The notes under the pieces are model-generated. The model had not been told where the DNA came from. It saw nothing but the letters and a program-made list of their open reading frames with translations, and ran no database searches. Of a stretch of DNA of 32,000 bases, positions 17,366-25,450 are shown piece after piece (position 1 is the first letter of the stretch; every line of letters begins with the position of its first letter). This stretch comes from Candidatus Saganbacteria bacterium (GTDB lineage Bacteria; Margulisbacteria; WOR-1; JAKLHX01): contig JAPLKZ010000012.1 of the NCBI GenBank assembly GCA_026387835.1, positions 4,932-36,931 on the forward strand. Reading direction: 5' to 3'. Made by a program: the position numbers and the translations under genes.

Positions 17366-18613
17366 TTAAGCTATCTTCCTCATCACCAGCCCGGAATACG
17401 GTTTTGGATAGAAGAACGTCGATTTCTGCGGCATCCTGCCTCCGGCATCCGCGATGCTCATGATCTGGGAGATCTTCGTAGGGTTAAGGAGGAATGCGCA
17501 CACGGCTTTTCCTTTTTTTACGGCCGCTACCGCTTCCGCATCGTCATGCGAGTAAGTTATAACTGTCTCGGTCTTCCTGTCCCTGTATTTATCAAGGATG
17601 TCATCTATTAAAAGGCTATGGAGGATCGCCACGTCCAGTTCGGCAAGCGCCTGGCGGCCTTTTTCCGCCATGACCCTGTTCTTTGTGACCACATCCCTCA
17701 GCTTGAACATGTACATCTTGTTGTCTTTCCTGCTGAAATAGCCGAATACATGCCCTACGGCTTTTTCTATCTTCGCGAACGAGTCCACCTCTACCACGAG
17801 AAAATGTCTCTTCGCGTTCTTCATTATGAGGTCATTGTCTTCGTCGGAGATATTGAGGATCCTGTGTATCGGAAGCACGAGGAGCCCCGGGTCCTGCTCT
17901 TCCACAAAATAGGTCATTATGTAGTTGTGGGGGTTCGCGCTGTCCGGATTTACTTTCAGTTCTTTGGCGTAATTCAGCGCCGTTTCATACCTGTGGTGCC
18001 CGTCCGCGATATACGCGCTTATGTCCGTGAAACCTTTACAAAAAGATGACACCGCTTTTTCGTCGGTCACCCTCCAGAAGCGGTGCGTCACCTCATTGTC
18101 ATCCTTTGCGCTAAAGAGGGGCTCTTCTTCCGGGATCGATACCTCATCCCCCTTATAAAGGACAAATATCGGCTCCGTATTCGCGGAACACGCTCTCATC
18201 AGGAGCAGCCTGTCCTCCTTGGGCTTTGAATAAGTGTTCTCGTGCACCTTGACGGAGCCTTTTTGGTCCAGTCTTAAAAGACCTATAAACCCTCTTCTTG
18301 AATAATTCGTTTTTTTGTGCGTGAACTGCTGCTCGTACACATAAAGCCCGGGGACGTCGTCCTCGGCAAATATGCCTTCGTTCATCCATTCCTGCATAAA
18401 ATGCGCCGCGCGCGAATAGCGGTTTTCACTCTCGTTATCATGCTCTGTCTTCTTGCCGAGAATGATCCGTACGATATTATGCTCGTCCTTGGAATAATAT
18501 TTTTCCTGCTCCTCCTCTGATATGACATCATAGGGAGGGGATATTACTTTTGAGACATCCCTTACTTTTTCCTTATCATATATGATGCCTTTAAAGGGCT
18601 TGATCTCTACCAT
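17366..18613 (-). CDS. DUF1015-family protein
   Basis: MVEIKPFKGIIYDKEKVRDVSKVISPPYDVISEEEQEKYY, YIADGHHRYETALNYA, FYPKPYSGLVMRKI. ATG at 18611-18613 with an upstream AAGGAG. Confidence 0.88.
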   Translation of the reverse strand: MVEIKPFKGIIYDKEKVRDVSKVISPPYDVISEEEQEKYYSKDEHNIVRIILGKKTEHDNESENRYSRAAHFMQEWMNEGIFAEDDVPGLYVYEQQFTHKKTNYSRRGFIGLLRLDQKGSVKVHENTYSKPKEDRLLLMRACSANTEPIFVLYKGDEVSIPEEEPLFSAKDDNEVTHRFWRVTDEKAVSSFCKGFTDISAYIADGHHRYETALNYAKELKVNPDSANPHNYIMTYFVEEQDPGLLVLPIHRILNISDEDNDLIMKNAKRHFLVVEVDSFAKIEKAVGHVFGYFSRKDNKMYMFKLRDVVTKNRVMAEKGRQALAELDVAILHSLLIDDILDKYRDRKTETVITYSHDDAEAVAAVKKGKAVCAFLLNPTKISQIMSIADAGGRMPQKSTFFYPKPYSGLVMRKIA

Positions 18614-18631
18614 GTCGGCTCCTTGACATAT

Positions 18632-18637
18632 ATTATA
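18632..18637 (-). promoter_or_regulatory. -10 element (TATAAT) for the DUF1015 gene
   Basis: Minus strand TTGTTATAATATATGTCAAGGAGCCGACATG; perfect -10 but no good -35. Confidence 0.45.
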
Positions 18638-18660
18638 ACAAAATATGAACATAAAAACAT

Positions 18661-18689
18661 TTGCAAATAATACGGTCATTTGCTAGAAT
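18661..18689 (+). promoter_or_regulatory. Sigma70-like promoter TTGCAA-N17-TAGAAT
   Basis: TTGCAA at 18661-18666, 17-nt spacer, TAGAAT at 18684-18689, 9 nt before the ATG of the receiver gene. Confidence 0.6.
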
Positions 18690-18698
18690 ATATCCAAC

Positions 18699-19133
18699 AT
18701 GGCGGAAACCAATAAGACAAAAGTGCTGGTCGTTGATGACGAGCCGGGAGCTTTGGAATCATTCAGGATGATCCTTGAGATCAAGGATTTTGAAGTCTCC
18801 ACTTTTTCCAGCGGGATCGAGGCTCTTGCCGCGGTTGAAAAGACCGCCTTCCAAATAGCTTTCATCGACCTGAAGATGCCTATAATGGGAGGGCTTGAAG
18901 TGCTGAAAAAGCTTAAAGAGCTGTCTCCCACCACCGAAGCCGTGATCGTGACCGCCTACGCATCCGAGGAATCACAGGCCAACGCCATCACTCTCGGAGC
19001 CATGGAATATTTAAGGAAACCATTTTTGATGGAAGAGATATTCTCGCTTTGCGACAGGGCCCTGCGGAAAAGGCGCGAGAAGGGAGCTTCAAAAGACAGT
19101 ATTGGCGGCCCGAACCTCGGCAATATCCACTGA
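18699..19133 (+). CDS. Stand-alone response regulator receiver protein
   Basis: KVLVVDDEPGALESF, AFIDLKMPIMGGLEVLKKL, VIVTAYAS, GAMEYLRKPF; no output domain. Confidence 0.88.
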   Translation: MAETNKTKVLVVDDEPGALESFRMILEIKDFEVSTFSSGIEALAAVEKTAFQIAFIDLKMPIMGGLEVLKKLKELSPTTEAVIVTAYASEESQANAITLGAMEYLRKPFLMEEIFSLCDRALRKRREKGASKDSIGGPNLGNIH

Positions 19134-19910
19134 TCAGGTCCTTAACATCCAGACTATGATGATGACCGCCCCGACTATGAACCTGTACCACACAAATATT
19201 TTGAACGAATGCTTCATCAGGTACTGAAGAAGGAATTTTATCGATAAAAATCCTACGATCGCCGAAGACAGGATCCCGATGATCAAGGGTGTAGCATCGC
19301 TGTAAGGCAGTCCTCCTGAAAAGAAATATCGCAGCTTGAACAATCCCGCGCCCAAAATAACGGGTGATGCGAGCAGGAACGAGAACCTTGCCGCGGATTC
19401 CCTGTCGAGCCCGCTGAAAAGACCCGCGGTCATCGTGATGCCGGACCTCGAGACGCCTGGTATTAGAGCAAGCACCTGCGCAAGGCCGATGAATATGGAA
19501 TCGATCAGATTTACGTCCTTAACGGCCCTGTTTTTACGCCCCGTGTACTCGGCCAGCCACAGGACGCAGCCGAGGGCTATCATGCATGCAGCGACAAGTA
19601 TAGGAGAGCGCAGCGTCGTTTCGAAAAGGTTTTCATAAGCCAGTCCGATAACAGCCGCAGGCAGACAACCGATCAGGATCGAGCGGAACAAGGGCTCCTT
19701 CCAATTCTTGATGATGTCCAGCCAGTCCTTCCAGAAAAAACATATTATCGCCAGCATCGTCCCCAGATGAAGCCCCGCGTCGAAAGACAGTCCGGGATCC
19801 CTGAAATTGAACATCCACGGGATCACCACAAGATGGCCTGAACTGCTTATCGGAAGGAACTCCGTGATACCCTGGACTATTCCCATGATCAGGGCCTGGA
19901 TAATCGACAT
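19134..19910 (-). CDS. uppP: Undecaprenyl-diphosphatase (BacA/UppP family)
   Basis: IMGIVQGITEFLPISSSGHLV, LALIPGVSRSGITMTAGLFSGLDRESAARFSFLLASPVI. Confidence 0.93.
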   Translation of the reverse strand: MSIIQALIMGIVQGITEFLPISSSGHLVVIPWMFNFRDPGLSFDAGLHLGTMLAIICFFWKDWLDIIKNWKEPLFRSILIGCLPAAVIGLAYENLFETTLRSPILVAACMIALGCVLWLAEYTGRKNRAVKDVNLIDSIFIGLAQVLALIPGVSRSGITMTAGLFSGLDRESAARFSFLLASPVILGAGLFKLRYFFSGGLPYSDATPLIIGILSSAIVGFLSIKFLLQYLMKHSFKIFVWYRFIVGAVIIIVWMLRT

Positions 19911-19911
19911 T

Positions 19912-20856
19912 TTACGCGTCCTTTTTTTTGTTCATATTATCAAAACTTGATATCAGATCGAGGAGACGGTATTTGTTTATTTTACAGGAAAACGAAGGGA
20001 TCATATAGTCGATGTCCGCGCAACCGGCACACGCGTCCATCCTTCCTTCCAGTTTTTTATACCCTTTTATTATATCCGAGTTCATGACCTTCTCAAGTTT
20101 CCCGTCTATAGGTATCCTTGCCTGAAAGGAATTTATGCACGGAAGTATCAGATGGTCGTCCGGCGAGATCGTGACCGTGGTCTCAAGCGCCCTGCATACA
20201 GGCTTGTTCTTGTCGTTGCCTCCGTGCTTCAATAATTCCATGACGGCCCTGTTCATCTCGACATTCTTTCTCCGCGCATACCTCAGGATATAATCCACCG
20301 ATATCTTTTCAAAGCCTTCAAACCCGAAAAAATGGTGGACGGGATTTATTCTCAGGGTCACGCCGCTGTGCTGCGCGAGGTCCACCATTTCCGGAAGAGA
20401 TCTCACGCTGTCGCGCGTGACCGTGAAATTTATCTTTACGTCCATGCCCATTTTTTTTGCCAGGGAAATGCCGGCAACGGCTTCGGCGTAGCATTCCTGC
20501 CCTCTTATCCTGTTATGTTCTTCTTCGCCGGGAGCGTCAAGCGGTATATAAAGCTCGTCAAGGAGGCCTTTCATCTCACACAGCTTTTCCGGATGATCAA
20601 GTCCGCCGGTAAAAAGAGCAACATGCAATCCCTTTTTCTTGGCGATGGACAGGATATCCTTGATGTCATGACGCAGCAGGGGCTCGCCTCCGGTAAAATT
20701 TACTGACTTGACCCCGAGCTTGACGAGTGAATCGAGGTTCTTTTCTATTGTATAGATGCCCGCTTCTTCGACCCCCTCGAATTCGCTGTCATTTGAAATG
20801 CGGCAGAACTCGCACCGGCAGCTGCATCTGTAAGTGAGATAATAATGGCATATCAT
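19912..20856 (-). CDS. Radical SAM protein (MoaA-like core, additional C-terminal cysteines)
   Basis: CSCRCEFC (CxxxCxxC), VNFTGGEPLLRHD, C-terminal CRALET...LPCINS...CAGCADIDYMIPSFSC suggesting an auxiliary cluster. Confidence 0.88.
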   Translation of the reverse strand: MICHYYLTYRCSCRCEFCRISNDSEFEGVEEAGIYTIEKNLDSLVKLGVKSVNFTGGEPLLRHDIKDILSIAKKKGLHVALFTGGLDHPEKLCEMKGLLDELYIPLDAPGEEEHNRIRGQECYAEAVAGISLAKKMGMDVKINFTVTRDSVRSLPEMVDLAQHSGVTLRINPVHHFFGFEGFEKISVDYILRYARRKNVEMNRAVMELLKHGGNDKNKPVCRALETTVTISPDDHLILPCINSFQARIPIDGKLEKVMNSDIIKGYKKLEGRMDACAGCADIDYMIPSFSCKINKYRLLDLISSFDNMNKKKDA

Positions 20857-22106
20857 ACCGTTCGGAGTTTTGGCACCAGAATGCTGAGTAAGCCCGATAA
20901 CAGGATTATAAGTCCGAGAGCAAGTATCGCCCTGTCCAGGCCGAAATAGTCGGCTATGAGGCCGAATACGACCACAGGTATCGTGAACGCGAAGTTGATA
21001 AGCATGTTCTGTATCCCGAATACCCTTCCCCTCAGGGACCTCGGAGTTTTGTGCTGAATTATGGTTTGTATAGTCGCATTGATCAATATATTACCGAAAC
21101 CGAGTATGAAGCAGTACAAAAAAGCAAGAAAGACGTTCCTGGTAAATGCCAGCAGGATAAGGACTGTCCCGGAAGAGATGAAGCCTATAAAGACTATGAT
21201 GTTTTTTTTGAAATAGTGGCTCAATTTTCCGAGAGCCAGCATGCCGAGCATCATTCCCGCCCCCGTAAAAATGACCAGATAACCGAAATTCCTCGCGCCG
21301 ATGCCGATATATTGTTCGGCAAACTGTATCGCGAGCATGCATATCACGGCAAGGCCCGAGGTTATCACCATCATCTTCAGCAGCGAATATCTGACGACAA
21401 CGTTCCTTCTTATGAACTCAAAACCCATTAGCAGGTCATGTTTCACGCTTTTTATAGAGTATCTTTTCTCCCTGGCGCCGTCCTTATGCGGCACCATGAA
21501 TACCGCAAGCGCTGATATGAAATAAAGCATCGCCGCGATCGCAAAGGTCACTTCCTCTCCGAATATTATGACAAGCGGAGCTCCGATGCCGAACCCTATT
21601 ACAGAGCTCCACATCCACGTGGTCATGAAAAGCGAATTTGCCACGATAAGGTTCTCCCTCTCGACGACCTCGGTAAGGAGCGACGCCTCCGCCGGAGCGA
21701 AGAACTGGGCTATCGTGTAGATCAGAAGGCTTACAAGGAAAATAGTGAAAAGAGATCTTTGCAGAAGAAAGATCATCAGGATTATCAGGATACCCCTCAG
21801 TATGTCAGACATCACCATGGTCTTCTTTCTCTGCCACCTGTCCACATATACGCCGGCGAACGAAGCGAACAGCACGGAGGGGATGCCGAAAGAGAGCATG
21901 GGGACCGAGACCCCGAGATTGGTCTTTGTGAGATTGTAGGCAACTATGACAAGCACATATATGTATATCCTGTCGGCCATCTGGGAAAGGACCTGACCTA
22001 TCCAGAGACAGACAAATGATCTGTTCTTTAACACGGCGCTGAATCTTGGCGGGATTACAGGCTTTTCCAAAGGCGGATATCCTTTCCTAAGTGGTCGGAC
22101 AGGCAC
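20853..22106 (-). CDS. Major facilitator superfamily transporter
   Basis: Multi-TM, SQMADRIYIYVLVIVAYNLTKT, GVYVDRWQRKKTMVMSDILRG (MFS loop motif), PRSLRGRVFGIQNMLINFAF. Confidence 0.88.
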   Translation of the reverse strand: MPVRPLRKGYPPLEKPVIPPRFSAVLKNRSFVCLWIGQVLSQMADRIYIYVLVIVAYNLTKTNLGVSVPMLSFGIPSVLFASFAGVYVDRWQRKKTMVMSDILRGILIILMIFLLQRSLFTIFLVSLLIYTIAQFFAPAEASLLTEVVERENLIVANSLFMTTWMWSSVIGFGIGAPLVIIFGEEVTFAIAAMLYFISALAVFMVPHKDGAREKRYSIKSVKHDLLMGFEFIRRNVVVRYSLLKMMVITSGLAVICMLAIQFAEQYIGIGARNFGYLVIFTGAGMMLGMLALGKLSHYFKKNIIVFIGFISSGTVLILLAFTRNVFLAFLYCFILGFGNILINATIQTIIQHKTPRSLRGRVFGIQNMLINFAFTIPVVVFGLIADYFGLDRAILALGLIILLSGLLSILVPKLRTV

Positions 22107-22687
22107 GGGATAAGGATCTTGTCGATATGTATAAGGTCCGACGCGGAAAAATGAGAGGCGTCAAAATCTCCGTTTTTCATCTGTCCGACGCATTGTCTTT
22201 CGTTCATTGAGAACTCCTGCAAAGGCAATATCCCTTCAAGGTCGGCAAACTTGACGTCGAACATCCTGGTCACGAGCAATGGTAAAACCCCCGATTTCAG
22301 CATGAAGAACGAATCGGTCACGAGATCGAACAGCGCCTCGTTCTTTACCCCGTCCTCGAGGAAAGATGTCACGACCTTTATTATATACATTGCCGCCTGA
22401 AAAGTATGTTCTTCCTCCCTTATTGTGTGGAAAGTCTCTATTGTCTCTATCTGCGACAGGATGTCAAGGTTTTTTCCTTTTGCGAGGAATATCTGATTGT
22501 AAGAGAACGGCTCAAGCCTTGCCCCGAACTTGCTCGATGTCTTGAGCGCCGACTTTGCTATCGCGCTGACCTTTCCGTGGGTCCTGGCAAAAAAGGTCAC
22601 AAGCTTGTCGGCCTCTCCGAATCTCACGGACCTCAGCGTCACCGCTTCCGTCTTATAGAATGCCATTATTTGAATAAACTTTAACAC
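22055..22687 (-). CDS. recO: DNA repair protein RecO
   Basis: KTEAVTLRSVRFGEADKLVTFFARTHGKVSAIAKSALKTSSKFGARLEPFSY is the RecO OB-fold pattern. Confidence 0.88.
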   Translation of the reverse strand: MLKFIQIMAFYKTEAVTLRSVRFGEADKLVTFFARTHGKVSAIAKSALKTSSKFGARLEPFSYNQIFLAKGKNLDILSQIETIETFHTIREEEHTFQAAMYIIKVVTSFLEDGVKNEALFDLVTDSFFMLKSGVLPLLVTRMFDVKFADLEGILPLQEFSMNERQCVGQMKNGDFDASHFSASDLIHIDKILIPCLSDHLGKDIRLWKSL

Positions 22688-22783
22688 GATGGGTCAAGTA
22701 TAGTCAACCCGATCTTAGCTCTATTATAAGATGTAATTGAGCCTTGACTTAAGGAGCGGGACTATGCTATTTTTAGAACTGCA

Positions 22784-23170
22784 ATGGCAAAGATCCTGAT
22801 GGTCGATGATGAAGTTAACATCCTCAAGATAGCCGGCACGATGCTTGAAAGATCGGGACATACTGTCATCCTGGCGGCGAGCGGAGAAGAAGCCCTTGAA
22901 AAAGCAAAAGCAGACCCGCCTGACCTGATACTTCTTGACCGCAGCATGCCCGGGATGGGCGGGACTGAGGTCTTAAGCTCTCTCAGGGATCAAAAAGCCC
23001 TGAACAAGATACCGGTGATATTTTTGACGGCCCAGGACTCTGAATCCGAGATGATAGAGGGCTTAAGGGGCGGGGCTGTCGATTACATCACAAAACCGTT
23101 CAATATGGACGATCTCAGGGACAGGGTCGAATTTGTTCTGAAAAAATACACTCCGAAGCCTATATTATAA
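22784..23170 (+). CDS. Stand-alone response regulator receiver protein
   Basis: KILMVDDEVNILKIAGTML, DLILLDRSMPGMGGTEVL, IFLTAQDS, GAVDYITKPFNMDDL; 128 aa, no output domain. Confidence 0.88.
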   Translation: MAKILMVDDEVNILKIAGTMLERSGHTVILAASGEEALEKAKADPPDLILLDRSMPGMGGTEVLSSLRDQKALNKIPVIFLTAQDSESEMIEGLRGGAVDYITKPFNMDDLRDRVEFVLKKYTPKPIL

Positions 23171-23615
23171 AATCCGGGTCCTCTTCCGCGACATCCTTTT
23201 TACCGTTTATTTCTATGACAACCGTATCTGTTTTCTTTACATCCACGTATTTCCTGAATACGATGTCCCTTCCGCTGTAAGCTTCAACAAGGTGCCTTCC
23301 CGGCCTTACCGCTTCGACCGTCAACGGCGCTTTCCCTATGATATCCTCGTCGATGTATATATCGAGGACCTTATGGGAAGTGACAAATATGGCGCCGGAA
23401 TCTTTTTGAGGAAGTACTGATCTTTTCTTCACCTTGATCGTCTGTTTTTTATTGGTTCCTATTTTGCGTGCCTTTTTTATTTTTACCTTTTTCAATTGTA
23501 CGGCTTTTTTACTGTTCCTGCACGCAGTTTTCTTTGCGGTCGCGTCAGCAGGCAGATACACCGCGATCGATGACAGCATGAAAACTGCCAATAAGATCAT
23601 TTTTAGTGCTTTCAT
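23160..23615 (-). CDS. Secreted PEGA-like domain protein with a Lys-rich linker
   Basis: Signal peptide MKALKMILLAVFMLSSIAVYLPADATA, Lys/Arg-rich segment, then GAIFVTSHKVLDIYIDEDIIGKAPLTVEAVRPGRHLVEAYSG. Confidence 0.6.
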   Translation of the reverse strand: MKALKMILLAVFMLSSIAVYLPADATAKKTACRNSKKAVQLKKVKIKKARKIGTNKKQTIKVKKRSVLPQKDSGAIFVTSHKVLDIYIDEDIIGKAPLTVEAVRPGRHLVEAYSGRDIVFRKYVDVKKTDTVVIEINGKKDVAEEDPDFII

Positions 23616-23726
23616 ATGCTCTACCCCCTCTATTAATATATCGTCAATTTTTGAGCGGAATTTCTCTTAAAATGTGAGGGGGCTGAGATTTGAAGTATAG
23701 ATGACGGGGGTAGAGTACAGAAACGC

Positions 23727-24011
23727 CTATTCTACTTTGACCCAGCCTTCGTACTCGTGATATCCGAGAAAATTATAAGATATCCTTGCTTTGTACCATT
23801 TACGGTCCGGGGTACAGCCCAGGATCCTGATCCCGATGGGAATGTCGAAATTTGATCTTGCCCCGTCTTTTGGCTCTTTTAACAGTCTGTTGATCTGGGC
23901 GTTAAGCATTATGAAATCCTTTTTTTCGGACTCGTTCGTGCCGGCTGATAATCTGAACGCGACAAAACCGGTGATTATTATCAAAAGCATGACTATCAAT
24001 GTCTTTTTCAT
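23727..24011 (-). CDS. Small exported/anchored protein, possibly SH3-like
   Basis: N-terminal TM/signal MKKTLIVMLLIIITGFVAF; C-terminal IPIGIRILGCTPDRKWYKARISYNFLGYHEYEGWVKVE resembles bacterial SH3-like repeats. Confidence 0.5.
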   Translation of the reverse strand: MKKTLIVMLLIIITGFVAFRLSAGTNESEKKDFIMLNAQINRLLKEPKDGARSNFDIPIGIRILGCTPDRKWYKARISYNFLGYHEYEGWVKVE

Positions 24012-24031
24012 GTATTTCCCTAATTCAGTGC

Positions 24032-25438
24032 TTAGCGCTTAAAGCTTATTATAAACCTTGCACCCTTCCCTGGCTCACTGTCAACTTCAATTTTACCACC
24101 AAAGCTTTCTATTATGCCCGCGGCTACCGCGAGGCCCACTCCCGATCCTCTCTCTTTTTGAGAAAAGAACGGCTCGAATATCCTGGGAAGATCCTCTTTT
24201 TTTATACCTATTCCCGTATCGGATATTTCGACCGATACTGCATCGATCGTCACGCGCAGATCCCCGCCGGAAGGCATGGCCTGCATGGAATTCAAGATGA
24301 TATTGAAAAATGCCTGCGACAGGAGAGCCCTGTCAGCTTTGATCTTTATTGGTGAAATAGTGCTTTTTTCGATGACAATACCCGCTTTCTCGCACGGTAT
24401 CCTGATAATGAACAGGATATCATCGATCATTTCGTCTATATTGACATCTTCCTGGTTTGCCTGCAGCCCGCCTGCCGCGGAAGAACTTTTGACGAACCTG
24501 ATCAGTTTTTCAATGGCGCCGTTTATCTTCTCGATCTGTCTGGGGACGATATCATTGAATGAAGCAATAAAGTCCTTGTCGTGGATGTTCTCGGGAAGTA
24601 CCTGGACCATACCTTTTATGGCTGTCAGCGGATTTTTTATCTCGTGTGCGATCGATGCCGCTACCACCCCGATAGCCGCCATATTTTCGTAGTGTATCGA
24701 ATTGAGCCGCGAGTTTCCCGGATTTAATGAATTTAAAAGCGGATACAAGATCCCTTTCCGCAGGACGATATTGATATCCAGCAGGTTATGCCTCACGATG
24801 GCATAAGCCGCGATAAAAAGATAGAAAGGCACGATGAATATGCCGTATGGATAGACATCCGCGCCGAAAGCCGGCAAAAACCACAGGACGCCTCCTCCGA
24901 ATCCGATAATGGAGGCCAGTATTATATATGCGGTCTGGTTGCGCCTGGTGCCGCTCGAGTGCCGGTATTCAAAGACGAGATCCGTAAAAGCGGCCGCGAC
25001 TGCCGCGGCAAATACCATTATGAAAAAAATATAGACCGGGCCTCCTTGAGGATAGAACCTGAAATATTTTGTCGCAATAAGGTCGTTTATAAAATAGTGC
25101 GTAGGCAAAAAGAGCAGGATCGACATCGAAAGCGCGGCAAATATGGATATTATCGGCTTTCTTTGCCCGATCTTATCCAGAAAGGCGTATACAAAAAGCA
25201 TAAAAACGACCGGGATCAAGACCGCGGCGGCAAGATTGACCCTGGTCCAAAAAAGCACTGCATCTTTTGAGATCGATATCTCGCCCATGAACTGGCCAAA
25301 GCACCAGACCGAAAATACAGTATTATACAGGGCTAGAAATACAGCCGCGGGCCTTGTCTTCCCGTAAACATATACCAACAGCGCAAACCCGGCCCCCAGG
25401 ACCGAGAGCAAAAGAAGCAGGAACGGATAAATTGACAT
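24032..25438 (-). CDS. Membrane-bound sensor histidine kinase (multi-TM sensor, HisKA, HATPase)
   Basis: Multi-TM N-terminus, ASIAHEIKNPLTAIKGMVQVL, NIILNSMQAM, ISDTGIGIKKEDLPRIFEPFFSQKERGSGVGLAVAAGIIESFGGKIEV. Confidence 0.92.
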   Translation of the reverse strand: MSIYPFLLLLLSVLGAGFALLVYVYGKTRPAAVFLALYNTVFSVWCFGQFMGEISISKDAVLFWTRVNLAAAVLIPVVFMLFVYAFLDKIGQRKPIISIFAALSMSILLFLPTHYFINDLIATKYFRFYPQGGPVYIFFIMVFAAAVAAAFTDLVFEYRHSSGTRRNQTAYIILASIIGFGGGVLWFLPAFGADVYPYGIFIVPFYLFIAAYAIVRHNLLDINIVLRKGILYPLLNSLNPGNSRLNSIHYENMAAIGVVAASIAHEIKNPLTAIKGMVQVLPENIHDKDFIASFNDIVPRQIEKINGAIEKLIRFVKSSSAAGGLQANQEDVNIDEMIDDILFIIRIPCEKAGIVIEKSTISPIKIKADRALLSQAFFNIILNSMQAMPSGGDLRVTIDAVSVEISDTGIGIKKEDLPRIFEPFFSQKERGSGVGLAVAAGIIESFGGKIEVDSEPGKGARFIISFKR

Positions 25439-25450
25439 TTTATTTAATGA

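Noticed and set aside
18153-18389. 78-aa minus-strand ORF within the DUF1015 gene
   Set aside because: Out-of-frame overlap inside a clearly coding gene; no motif support.
22744-22768. TTGACT...TATGCT considered as a promoter for the 22784 receiver gene
   Set aside because: Spacing is only 13 nt, too short for a normal sigma70 promoter; no better alternative was clear.
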